Shown: positions 51,150-63,700 of the stretch, in pieces
How positions within the stretch are numbered: position 1 is the first letter of the stretch
How the letters are laid out: every line of letters starts with the position of its first letter
NCBI GenBank assembly: GCA_017443005.1
Contig: JAFSPK010000052.1
Span: 265 to 64,264, forward strand
Origin: Acidaminococcaceae bacterium
Lineage (GTDB): Bacteria; Bacillota; Negativicutes; Acidaminococcales; Acidaminococcaceae
Length of the DNA: 64,000 bases
Direction of reading: 5' to 3'
Position numbers and translations under genes: made by a program
The notes under the pieces: model-generated
The model's input: the letters and a program-made list of their open reading frames with translations, nothing else
Told to the model about the DNA's origin: nothing
Database searches by the model: none

Positions 51150-52697
51150 TCATTTGTCGTTTTTCTTTTCCATCGCTTTTTTCAATTTGTCAATATACTG
51201 CTGCAGTCTGTCCATGGATTCTTCCGGCGCAGGCGCATCTTTGATCATCCGGTTCAGGTATTCCCCGAAAGAAGAGATCATGAACAGTTCCCTGGTGTAG
51301 AACATGACGGAAGGGGACTGGGTACTGAAAAGCAACACGCCGACCGGACTGCTTACAATGGAATAGGTGGGCGACAGGGGCCGGCCGCTGACGGGATCGA
51401 TGGCGCCCGGCGGCAGCACGACGGCCTGATAGGATTTGGATGATTTCATCCACTGCAACGCACTGGTCAGGATCTGCAGATACTCTTCCGGCGTATAAAA
51501 CAGCGGCGGCAGCCCGAACATGACGGAGAGGGGTACCGGCACTTTTCCCTCCAGTACAGTGGAGATCTCCGGCAGGCAGATGATATCCTTAATGTCGCCG
51601 GCAGGAGCCTTGCCCCGCAGGAACAGCCACTTCTTGTGATTGGCCAGGTACTCGCTGAAATCCTGGCAGCCGGGCCGGGCGGACAGACTCTCCGCCACGG
51701 CGTCCGGCAGGGTGATCAGGGACGGGGTGATGTGTAACTGCATAAGACCGTCCTTAGCTTTACGGAACGTGCCCAGCACCGGAATAATCTTCAGGAAACT
51801 GGACGGGGTAAAAATCTGCATGAGCGGCTGGCACATAGCCAGGAAATCGTTGAACTCCTGCTCCAGCGCATTGACCGCCACCGGATCGGTGGTGAGAATG
51901 TTCAGCCGGTTTACCCCGGGATTGCCGGTGCTGTGGGCCATGATGGCCGATTTCCCTTTGGCGATGAACAGGGTACGCTGGAACACATTGTCCCGCAGCC
52001 GGGACGTGTAATAGGGTTCAATGGCGCCGGCGGCATACAGGGGCGCCCACTTGGACACGGCCTCCACCATTTCCTCAAAGGAACGGTTGATGGTGTGGAC
52101 GACGACGATCCGGCTGCCGCGTTGCAGCAGCGTGACCAGCAACGCGCCCCATTGTTTTGCAAAATCCGGATTCTCGTAAATCCATTCCATGCGTTCTTCC
52201 GAATGGAGCAGCAGCGCCACCGGTTCTTCCGCCGCAACCAGGTCTGAAAGAAAACGGATGACGCACTGGCGCTTGCCCTCGTTGCCCGGATAGTAGTTTG
52301 TGACGTAAGCCTCCGCAGAAGCACCCGTACCGTTAGCCGGTAATGCATTCGGGTCTGCTTGTTCCAGATAAAGATTCCATTCATCGTGATCGATCTGCCT
52401 GCCTTCTCCCAGCCACCGGGCAATCAAACGCGTGGCAGCTTCCACCGATTCCGGCCAGGGCTTGCCGGGGCAGAGCTATGCGGCCAGGACCCGCTTCTGG
52501 GACGCCGTGCGGACCGCCCGGGCGAAAAAGCCGGCGGCCGGCAGAATAAATTCGCGATGACTGGGCAGGCCCCGCTCGCCGTTCCGGATGCGGCTGATGT
52601 GAGACGCATCAAAGGCAAGGGCCCGGCTCAGCATATTGTTCCTGGTGGCGGTGGCCTTCATCAAAAAATTCAGCTTATCTGCAATGAGATGTTTCAT
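51150..52697 (-). pseudogene. XRE-HTH transcriptional regulator with large C-terminal domain, interrupted by an in-frame TAG at codon 74
   Basis: HTH LSRALAFDASHISRIRNGER; reads ..VLAA-TAG-LCPGKPWPESVEAAT.. in one frame (TAG at 52476-52478). Confidence 0.8.
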
Positions 52698-52797
52698 GAG
52701 CGTATCCTTTCCGGCGTATGCGACGCGCAAGGGGAACATCCGATTTTGTAGAAACCGTAAGTCATATCTGTCTGTTACCAGTGTAACATAAAAACAG

Positions 52798-53020
52798 AAA
52801 ACAAAGAAGCCGTCAAGCCCCTCCCTCCTGTCAACGAATCGCTTTAGTACAATAAAGTTTGCAACATTTGAAAATGTGCTTCCAGGCAAGTAACCAACCT
52901 GCTTTGCGAGGATTAAAAAATGACAAACTGTTGACAAAAGTGTCATTTTTGTCCAAAAAATTGTCAATGACAAATGAAGCGGAGAGGTGTAAATCGTTGT
53001 ATCATTTTTAATGGATAAGT
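52798..53020 (+). repeat. Duplicated promoter block Z, copy 1 (decayed)
   Basis: Colinear with 54369-54600; TGACA arrays; 11-bp deletion and TATAAT>TATCAT. Confidence 0.88.
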
Positions 53021-53055
53021 CTTATTGGATATTATTAGCCAAAACGATGAACAGG

Positions 53056-53085
53056 AGGAGTGGGGAATACCCGCTCCTTTTTATT
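53056..53085 (+). terminator. Intrinsic terminator just after block Z copy 1
   Basis: AGGAGTGGG-GAATA-CCCGCTCCT then TTTTATT. Confidence 0.7.
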
Positions 53086-53224
53086 GTAGATGGAGTTCTA
53101 GAAGTTGTGAAATCTTACATCCTTCCTTGCGTTTGTTTCCAAACCGCGTTACAATACTATTAGAAAAGCCAAAATACATACATTGCGTACCTCTCATATT
53201 AAAAATATAAAGGAGATTACGCAA

Positions 53225-54109
53225 TTGAAAGACAAAGATATTGCCGAGAAGATACTGGAAGATTACCCAGACGTCTTCGCGGATATTGTGAACGGGTTTC
53301 TGTTCAGTGGGAACGAGGTAGTAAAGCCAGAGGAACTGGAAGACATGCAGCTCCGTTCTGCGTACCGTGCTGAACTGAAACTCCATGACATGGAGCGCGA
53401 CGTTGCCAAGCGCTGGAAGAAGAATGGCATCCGCATCGCTTGTGTGGGGTTTGAGAATCAAACCGCGCCGGATTCCCGTATGGTGTTGCGCGTATTAGGT
53501 TATGACGGAGCGGAATACCGGGCGCAGTGTTTAAAGGAGAACCGGAACAAAGCGCCATATCCTGTCATAACGATTGTTCTTTACTTTGGGTATGAACAGC
53601 GGTGGACGGCAGCGAAGTCGTTATATGAAGCAGTACGTGTGCCGGATGAGCTGAAGCCGTTCGTTACGGATACGAAGCTGAACGTATTCGAAGTGGCATG
53701 GCTGAAAGATGAGCAGGTTGCAAAATTCAAGAGCGATTTCCGTATCGTGGCGGATTACTTTGTACAAAAACGAAAAACTGGCACATACGAAGGAACCAAG
53801 GACACGATCCGGCATGTGTATGAAGTGTTGCAACTGCTGAGCGTGATGGAGCACGATGACCGTTATGAACAGGCAGCTATTGAAGAAAGGACGAAGGGAG
53901 GTATTCGGAATATGAGCAACGTAATTGACCGGTATATAAAAGAAGGTGAAGCAAGAGGTGAGGCAAAGAAAGAAGCGGAAGTGAACGAGCGCGTTGCCAC
54001 GGATATGCTGAAGGAAAAGCTTCCCCTGAAAACTATTACAAAAATTAGCAAGCTTTCAGAGGAACGTATCCGCCAAATTGCCAAGTCGCTTGGCGTAGCG
54101 GTGTTGTAA
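53225..54109 (+). CDS. Rpn-family PD-(D/E)XK nuclease/putative transposase (RpnL)
   Basis: KDIAEK.LE.Y.DVFADI.N, ERDVAK, GFENQT, M.LR..GYD, PVITIVLYFG; AAGGAG RBS and TTG. Confidence 0.82.
   Translation: MKDKDIAEKILEDYPDVFADIVNGFLFSGNEVVKPEELEDMQLRSAYRAELKLHDMERDVAKRWKKNGIRIACVGFENQTAPDSRMVLRVLGYDGAEYRAQCLKENRNKAPYPVITIVLYFGYEQRWTAAKSLYEAVRVPDELKPFVTDTKLNVFEVAWLKDEQVAKFKSDFRIVADYFVQKRKTGTYEGTKDTIRHVYEVLQLLSVMEHDDRYEQAAIEERTKGGIRNMSNVIDRYIKEGEARGEAKKEAEVNERVATDMLKEKLPLKTITKISKLSEERIRQIAKSLGVAVL
53912..54109 (+). CDS. Putative intragenic small protein (RpnS-like, 65 aa)
   Basis: GGAGGT at 53897-53902 ahead of an in-frame ATG at 53912. Confidence 0.6.
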   Translation: MSNVIDRYIKEGEARGEAKKEAEVNERVATDMLKEKLPLKTITKISKLSEERIRQIAKSLGVAVL

Positions 54110-54368
54110 GACTGGGCAATGTTTTCACTGCGGTCTGTCAGAAATGGCAGGCCGCAGTTTTTTGCTATAAAACGCTAATTTTGGCGGCTCGGCGCAGTGG
54201 CAGCTTTCCCGAACAAAGCAATAAAAGGAACGAAAGAAGTGTCACCTGGAGACAGACAATTAGACTGTCTATATTTATAACAGAAAGCAGGCTGGGAAAC
54301 CGCGTCACTGCTGGCGTTACGAAAAAAGTCCGGTCACTAAAGTGACCGGGACGGACAATTTGGGTTAT

Positions 54369-54600
54369 AAAACAAAGAAGCCGTCAAGCCCCCCTCCTGA
54401 CCGCGAAACGCTTTAGCTCCATAAAGTTTACAACATTTGATAATGTGCTGCCAGGCAAGTACCCATCCTGCTTTGTGCATATTAAAAAACGACAAACTGT
54501 TGACAAAAGTGTCATTTTTGCCCAAAAAATTGTCAATGACAAATGAAGCGGAGAGGTTTAAATCGCCGGAAAACCGTTGTATAATTTTTAATGGATAAGT
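54369..54600 (+). promoter_or_regulatory. Promoter block Z, copy 2, upstream of the giant autotransporter
   Basis: TGACA box array 54490-54544; TTTAAA-17 nt-TATAAT (54557-54585). Confidence 0.75.
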
Positions 54601-54717
54601 ATGTAATTTTCAATATGTGTCAGATTCCAGTGTTACCGTGGTCCGTTGGTGAAGAAATAGGGAAGGCGTAACCCCACAGATTTGTGAACATCATTGTACT
54701 GCAAAGGAGAAGCCACC

Positions 54718-57700
54718 ATGAATAAGATTTACAAAGTGATCTGGAGCAAAGTGAGAAACTGCTACGTGGCGGTGAGTGAAATTGCCAAACGCAACGGCAA
54801 GAGCTGCACCAGTGTAAACTGCGGCGCCAAAGCGAACCGCGGGCATACGGGGGTGGCGCTGGCGATTGCCTTGTCCCTGTCCATGGCTAGCGGAGGCGTT
54901 GCATGGGCGGCGCCAAAATCAATTACAACGGATACAACTGTTAGTGTTGATGACTATTGGTCGGACTACACTCTTGATAAAACAGGTACAGGCGCTGCAG
55001 GTTCTGGCGTTCATTTTACTGTCACAGGATCAAATGTCCGGGTTAGTTCAATAACAAGCCAGCAAAGCGGTAATGTAATAAGTATTGAGAATGGTGGTAT
55101 AGTCAGAGGAGATATACATGGTGGAATTAATAATAATTCTGTGACTGTAACAGGTGGAACGGTTGGAAGTGAATCTGGAGCTGCACACTATTTGTATGGC
55201 GGCTTTTCAGATAATTCAAGTATAACAGGCAATTATGTTTATATTAATGAAGGAGCAAACTTTCCTTATACAGATGTAGTTGGTGGTGGTTGCACATATA
55301 CTTCTTCAACTTCAACATTTAATGTGACAGATAACCATGTTACTATGGATGGCGGTACTTTAAGTCGTAATATTTATGGTGGTTTGTCAAGGGCAGGGAA
55401 TGCGACAGGAAACTATGTTACTATTAATAATGGTATTGTAAAGTCTGGTACTATTACTGGTGGTTGGGCAAGTTCTGGCAATGCGACAGGAAACTATGTA
55501 ACTATAAATGGTGGTAGTATAACAGGTAGTGTTAGAGGTGGATACTCTTCCTCTGGATCTGCCACGGGTAACACAGTTACCATTTCCGGAGGAACGATTA
55601 GTAATTATGTTGCAGGCGGTGAATCGAATAATAGTAGTAACGTTGTAGCTACAGGGAATACGGTTGTCTTGGATGGTGTTACGCTCTCTAATACAAATAT
55701 TTACGGTGGGTGTTACAAAAATAATTGGGGTTATATATCTACTGATTTTACTGGTGACGTAGTAACTGGTAATAAATTGATTCTTAAAAAGGCGGGGAAT
55801 AGTGTAGGAGGTGTAGGAAATTTTGAACGTGTAGAAATTTCAAATGAGGTGGTTTGGGATCCGGGGAAGACGGTTTTGACTTCTTCAAGTTTTGGTAACA
55901 TACCGACTCTCGATATTTCAGCGGTGAATAGTCTTAAAAATGCAGCTTCAAAAGGTACGATGACGTTGATTGCGAGAGGTAGTAGTTCCAGTTCCTATGA
56001 CATTTCGGTTAAATATGATACTAATAAAACTGCAGCACTAAGTAGTTCAAACCCATGGGTGGCTATCAAGGGGAATACTTCATCAACAACAAGGGATTCT
56101 GGCGGCAGTGGAAATAAAATACATTTTGACTACTATTCCAACATCCAAGCTCTTTCACTTGAAAACAATAAATCTGATATTGTTTTCTCTTATGCTCCGA
56201 AAGCTGTTCGAAGCATTGTATTTGATAGTGGGATACCATGGGAGACGGGCGGGCGTTCCGTTACAAGTACAGATTTTGGTTTTTCTGGTGTTAACATTGA
56301 TGCGGCTTATTTGTCCTTCTCTTTTACAGATGCACAAAAAGCAGCGCTTAAAGCGAATGGTGTTATGACGCTGGTATCCAATGCGGAAGGCTTGACTGCA
56401 GGAAGATCGGTTTCGCTTAACCAGGCGATATCATACAATATAGCAAATGTCTCGTCGTTGGAGGGTACCTTAAGAGGTTCGGTGGCTACGGCAGCGGGTG
56501 CAGTAAACTATAAAGTGTCCAGTATGAGGCTGAACAGCGTGAACCTTGCCAGTTGGAATGGGGTGAGTTCTTCTGCTGTTCCAAGTGGTTGGACAGGCTG
56601 GACAAAAAATACGAGTGGTATTAGTGTCACAACCACAGGTTTTACACCACCAACAGATATTGCAGTAGGTAGTTCAAGAGATATCTTGACTACATCTACT
56701 TCGGATTATTTCAAAAATGCAACAATTGGTACAGGGAATGAGTATAAAGAGCATAGCTTTGGTATTGGTTCGGATAATGATGACACGGAAAATGAAGTTA
56801 CATTTACAGGAACACAGTGGAAAGGTGTAACGACAAATGATAATAACTCGTCTCTTATTTACGAAGTAGATCAGAAAAATGTAACTGCAATTGCTTTTGG
56901 CAGCGACATGACATGGGGTGCAGGCCGTACTGCTAATTCTGATTATAATTTTAGCGGTGTGTCAGACAACAATATTGATGCTTCAAACCTTTCTTTCAGT
57001 TTTACGGATGAGGCACAAAAAGCATCTCTTTCAAGCAGCAGCTATATGACGTTGTTATCGAATGCAACAAACCTTGCGGCTGACTTGGCTGTCAAAGGCG
57101 CAAGCCGGACGCAGGCGGTAGACTACAACACTACAAACGGTGTGATCCTTTCCGGTACGCTGGAAGGTACAGTTTCGACGGAAGCAGGCGCAGTAAAATA
57201 TGCAGCAAACAGCATGTCGCTGGACAGTGTGAGCCTTACAGGATGGGACAGCACGAAGGAGGCTGTTGCTGTTCCTAATGGAATAATCACAGGATGGACG
57301 AGAACTTCAGGTGGTGTACCTGTTACGACAGGAAACTTTACTACCTCGTTGTTACCAGGGCAAAGCAAGGAAATATTGACTGCGTCAGTGGCTAACTTCT
57401 TTGGAACGATTAGCGGGGACAGAGTTTACAGTACAGAAACCTTCACTAATAATGACGGAAATACCGGTGTTACGCTTTCCGGTGATCATTATAAAGGTGT
57501 GAAGGTGGAAGACACCGGAAGAACACTGAAATACTATGCAGAGACAATGGATACAGCCGGCATCAAGTTGGGAACAATGACGTGGGGGACGACGACAGGT
57601 CGTACGGCTGGCGACCTTTATATTTTCAACAGAGTAAATTCTATTGATGCAACGGACTTCAGCTTTTCGAATCCTGATGCGGTGAGCGGTTCCATGTACC

Positions 57701-60700
57701 TGCTGTCCAATGCAACCGGTCTAGCGGCTGGAGCGGTTGATATATCACATACGCAGGCTGATTTTACCACAAACATGGGTAATGGCACAGCAATCACCGC
57801 TACATTGACGGGTACAATTTCGTCGGCAGAAGCAGGCAAGGTAAAATATACAGCAACAGGCACAACCATAAGCACGATTGATCTTTCCGGTTGGGATGTC
57901 AGCACATCATCTGCAGTTCCGGCTGGGTGGACTTTGAAAAAGAATAGCTCTAATGAGGTTGATGCAACCGTGGAAACTGCAAATATGAATGCAACGATGC
58001 TTTCCAATTTGCCATACGGTTCAAGTGTTCCCATTCTCACGGCAACCGGAACAGCTTATTTTGACGGCATAAAAATCAATGGAGCTAATGCATGGAACGG
58101 CTCTGGTTCCATAGTGGATACAGATAATTCTGGCGTTGCCATTGTTGGTACAACTACTGGAACCGGTGTGAAAGTTGACGATGCCAACAAGAATCAGATC
58201 GTCTATCAAAAAAGCAAAGAAGATATAACAAAACTCACCCTTGGCGGTATTACATTTGCGGCTGGCACTACAGTCCGTACTTTTGACAACACGTATGATC
58301 TAACGGCGGCGCCAATCGTTGCCAGCGATGAGTTGTTTACTGATGAAAGTCAGGCATTGATGGAAGCCGACGACACCATGACGCTTGTGGATGCGACGGG
58401 CGCGATTAAAAATGCCAGCAATGAAACGCTTGCGCAATTTAATGGTGGTTCAAGCAAGAGTTATGTGGTTAATTTTACGGATACTATTAAGTCCAATAGT
58501 ATAATTAAGTCCGATAGCATAAAGTTTACAGGAACGCATACAGATACGCTGTCCCAGGAAGATGATACAGCCACTTCTACAAAAAAATCTCTGTTGAAAT
58601 ATGAGGTTGGCGCAAAGATGGTCACTAAGGCAACGTTATCTGGTTCGATTGACTGGCGTGACGGCGGAACCTATTATACAAATGGCGTTGATGTGAATGA
58701 GAACGGGAAGGATGCAACATACACATTTGACGGTGATACTGCAGTGGATATTGCCGGTGTACAGTTCAGCACAACGGAAGACCCGATTGCTGGTGGAAAA
58801 ACGAAATTCATGACGCTGTTGGAAGGTGTAACGGGAGTTGTGGAAACTAACATTTCTGGAACGCCGGCCTTTGGAGTTGCTCTTACCCAAAACAATACGA
58901 AGCTGGATGCAAAAGCAACCGGCTCAGCAAGCGTAAGCGGTAATGATGTGATTTATTCAGTAAACGGCGTTGCGATTGACAAGATTAATGTGACAAGCAT
59001 TGCAAAGGCTGCGGATACGGTACCAACAGGCTGGACGCTGGCCAAAGATTCTTCTGATAATGTAATTGCCACGGTGGAAACAGATGGATTGGTAGTCGCT
59101 TCACCTTCCGGTTTGGAATCTGGTGAAACGAAAGTCATTATAGAAGCGGCCGCCGGTTCTACAGCGTTTTTTAAAGATGTGTCAGTAAATGGAAGTCATG
59201 CATGGAAGGTTGACGGCAGTACGATTACTTCTGACCTTGACATCGGTGGCGTAGCGATTACCGGCACGCAGACCAAAGGCGGCGTGAAAGTTAATGAAGC
59301 AAATACAAACCAGATCATTTACGAAGAGTCAAAGAAAAAAATCAATACCCTGACGCTGGGCAGCGTTACTTTCGCCAATGATGACGGAACGGCAGCTACT
59401 GTGGCCCGGACTTTTGATAAGACATACGATGTGTCGACGGCAACTATTAACGCAGACGATTTGGCTTTCGCCAACTCTGATATTATGGAAAAGGGTAACT
59501 CCATGCGGATCGTGGATGCAAGCGCTGCGATTCCCAATGCGATTAGCAATAAGAAATTGCCTGCGTTTACGGAACAAACGAAAAAAGTTGCTTTCACCGA
59601 TACGATTACGGGGAAGAATTTAACTTTAAAAGGTGCGCATACGGATACATTGTCACAGGATGCGGCGCAAACTACATTAACTTATACTGTTGGCGATAAA
59701 GTAGTAAGCAGTGCGACGCCGGCCGGAGACATCACCTGGAATGATGGAGGTACGTATTACGCGAATGGCAGTGATGTAAACCAGAACGGAACGAAAGCAA
59801 CTTACACATTTGACGGGAACTCTGCAGTGGATATTTCCAGCGTGTCGTTCAATGCGGCGGCGGATCCTCTGGCGGGTGCAACCAAAACTATGACGCTGCT
59901 GAAAGATGTGAATGGTGTTGCGTCTAACAAAGTGAGCGGCACTCCTGCTTTTGTAGTTACCCTTGACCAGACAAACACGAAACTGGATGCCAAGGCGACG
60001 GGTTCGGCAGGTGTGAGCAACAGCGATGTCACCTACACCGTGAGCGGAGTGGCCATTAATAAAGTGAATATAAAGAGTGTAGGCAGTACGGCAGATACGG
60101 TTCCGGCTAACTGGACGCTGGCAAAAGATTCTTCTGATAAAGTTATCGCTAAGGTGGAAACGGATAACATGACGAAGCCTTCCAATCTGAGCCCCGGTGA
60201 GACGAAGGTAATTATCACTGCGACCGGCACAGATTATTTCAGTGGTGTTGAAGTGAAGGGCGGTTATGCGTGGACGTCGGGCGGCGCACTTACTTCAGAC
60301 CTTGAAGCCGGCGGTGTTATGGTTGCAGGCAACCAGACCAAAGGCGGCGTGAAAGTAAACGAAGCTAATAAGAACCAGCTTATTTACGAAGAGACGAAGA
60401 AAAAACTGACCAGCATTACGCTGGGAGAAGTTACCTTTGCAAAGGATGGAACGGCCCGTGCCTTTGACAAAACGTACGATGCAACGAGTGCGACGATCAA
60501 CGCAAATAACCTGAAGTTTGCGGAAGCAAGCCGTGCAAAAATGGAAACTGGCAACACCATGACGATGGTAGATGCAACCGCGGCGCTTAAAAATGCAAAT
60601 GATGAAACGCTTGCACAGTTTAACGGCGGCGCAGATAAAACATACAGCATTGCTTTCAACGATACGGTTACAGGGAAAAATTTAACCTTAGCCGGTACGC

Positions 60701-63700
60701 ATACGGATACGCTGAGTCAGGCAGATGATACCGCAACGTCTACGAAAAAATCAAAACTGGTTTACACCGTTGGCGATAAGTTAGTAAGCAGCGCAACACT
60801 GACCGGGGACATTGCGTGGAATGATGGCGGTACCCATTATACAAACGGCAGTGATGCAAACCAGAATGGAACGAAAGCAACTTACAAATTTGATGGGAAC
60901 TCTGCTGTGGATATTTCCGGCGTCGCGTTCAGTGCGACTTCAGATCCGCTGGCCGGTACGACCAAATCTATGACGCTGCTGAAAGGCGTGACGGGAGTTG
61001 TGGCGACAAAGGTTTCCGGCACTCCTTCCTTTGCGGTTACCCTTGACCAGACAAACACGAAACTGGATGCAAGTGCTTCCGGTTCGGCAGGTGTGAGTGG
61101 CAGCGATGTCACCTACACCGTGAGCGGAGTGGCCATTAATAAAGTGAATATAAAGAGTGTAGGCAGTACGGCAGATACGGTTCCGGCTAACTGGATGCTG
61201 GCTAGTGGCGCCACGGTGGAAACGGATGACTTAGTTGTGGCTTCACCTTCCGGTTTGGAACCCGGTGAGACGAAAGTACTTATCAAGGCGGCTGACGGTG
61301 CTACAAATTACTTCAATGGCGTGTCAGTAAATGGAAACTACGCGTGGAAGGTTGACAACAGTACGATTACTTCTGAACTTGACATTGGCGGCGTGGCGAT
61401 TACCGGCACACAGACCAAAGGCGGCGTGAAAGTTAATGAAGCAAATACAAACCAGATCATTTACGAAGAGTCAAAGAAAAAAATCAATACCCTGACGCTG
61501 GGCAGCGTTACTTTCGCCAATGATGACGGAACGGCAGCTACTGTGGCCCGCACTTTTGATAAGACATACGATGTGTCGACGGCAACCATCAGCGCAGACG
61601 GTTTAGCTTTCGCCAACTCCGATACAATGGAGACGGGTAACCTCATGCGGATCGTGGACGCAAGCGCTGCGATTCCCAATGCGATTAGCAATAATAAGTT
61701 GTCGGCGTTTGCAGGACAAACGTATGAGGTTGCTTTCTCCGATACGATTACGGGGAAGAATTTAACCTTGGCCGGTACGCATACGGATACGTTGTCACAG
61801 GATGCGGCGCAATCCACATTAACCTATACTGTCGGCGATAAAAAGGTAAGTAGCGCAACGCTGACCGGGGATATTGCGTGGAATGACGGCGGTACCCATT
61901 ATACAAACGGCAGTGATGCAAACCAGAACGGAACGAAAGCAACTTACAAATTTGACGGCAATTCCGCTGTGGATATTTCCGGTGTGCAGTTCAATGCAAC
62001 GGTGGATCCGCTGGGGAAATCCATGACGCTGTTGAAAGATGTGAATGGTGTTGTGGCGACAAAAGTTTCCGGCACTCCTTCCTTTACGGTTGCTCTTGAC
62101 CAGACGAACACGAAACTGGATGCCAACGCAACGGGTGATTCCGGCGTTAGCGGTAACGACGTGACCTTTACTGTAAGTGGGGTAACGTTAGACAAAATTA
62201 CGGTGAAGAGTGCGAACGGTACGGCGGATAAAGTTCCTGCAAGCTGGACAATGGCAGCAGGGGCCACCATAGAAACCGATAGTATGAACGTGCCAGAGTT
62301 GGCTGCCGGAACTCATGTGGATATTCTCCAAAGCGACACGGATGGATTCTTTGCTAACGTTCCTATCAATGGCGCCAATGCTTACGGCAATACACAGGAA
62401 ACGTTTACGGAATCGGATGCGGCGAAGAGCGTGAGCATTGCAGGTACACAGGACAAAGGCGTAACGCTTAACACGGAAAAGAAGCATCTGATTTATAAAG
62501 CCGGGACACTGGATGTAGCTTCCGTAACATTAGGTCCGGCAGAATGGAAAAAGGGCGCAACTGTATTTGACCGCAGCGGCGCGGGATACAATTATGCCGA
62601 CGTGGCGGCGTTAGGAACAGATAGTTTTGCAGTTTCCTATGCAAGTCCGGAAACGATTGCGGCGGGTGACAGCATGACGCTGCTGCAGGCTAACGCCACA
62701 CTGAAAGACATGGCAGAGCGGGTGAAGAAGACTTCGTACAGCTATACGCCGGTGACCGGTGTGACGGTGGACGCCAACATTACCGGTAAGCTGGCGATCA
62801 GCGGCGGGGTTGTTACGTTCACAGCGGCGGAGAACCAGGCCGGCAAGCTGACCTTCGGCAGTGTGGACTGGAAAGACAGCAGCGCATTGATGACACGTCC
62901 GAAGAACATCACGTTCAGTGGTGCAGACGTAGATACGGCGAAGATCAACTTCACTAATATTACATTGTTGGACGCTAACAAGCAGATGACGCTGGTGTCC
63001 GATTTCGGTGATAAAGTGGGAACCATTACCGGTACCAAGTACATGGTGGGAACTACGAGTGAGGGGGAAGGCGTGGCATCTTTGTCCGGCAGTGACCTGA
63101 TCTTCACTACGAAAACCGGGGCCGGCGGAGCGGCTGAGCAGACCCATCGGACGGTTATGGCGACCGAAGCCGGAATTGCGGCGCTTGCAGCAGGGCAGGA
63201 GTATGTGGACAGCGCGGTGGAAGGTCTGGGCATGTTAACCAATCTTTCGCCGGATGGGACATCGACCTTTGCTGCCATGGGCGGCGGGGCATCCCGGTAT
63301 AAGACGGGCAGTCATGTGGATACCCGTACATGGAATGCAGTCGTAGCAGTGGGATCGAAACGCGAACACAAGAAAGGTACCTTCGAGTGGGGCGTATTTG
63401 CAGAGTATGGAAAAGGCAATTACACGTTGCACAGTGATGACGGCGGCCGGGGCGACGGCGATACCCATTACGCGGGCGGCGGTCTGCTGGCTAAGTGGAC
63501 CAACAAGCACAAGGTTTATACAGAAGCCAGCGTGCGTATGGGCCGCATCAGCGACAGCGCGTCCAATATGCTGCGGGACGGTGAAGGCAACCAGTACGGA
63601 TACAACGTGCACGCAAACTATTACGGCGGCCATATTGGTATAGGCAAGCTGTTCGAAGTGAAGAAGAATCGTGAACTGGATGTGTACGGTAAGTTCTTCT

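Noticed and set aside
52476-52478. Genome-wide TAG recoding or pyrrolysine
   Set aside because: Several intact genes here end in TAG (7883, 11342, 21856, 27417, 41165) and no pyl genes are visible.
59248-61552. Diversity-generating retroelement TR/VR pair
   Set aside because: Differences are not adenine-specific, both copies are in-frame stalk repeats, and no reverse transcriptase is present.
57123-63643. Numerous minus-strand and off-frame ORFs over the right end (and long antisense ORFs elsewhere)
   Set aside because: Shadows of the autotransporter or of other well-supported genes on the opposite strand.
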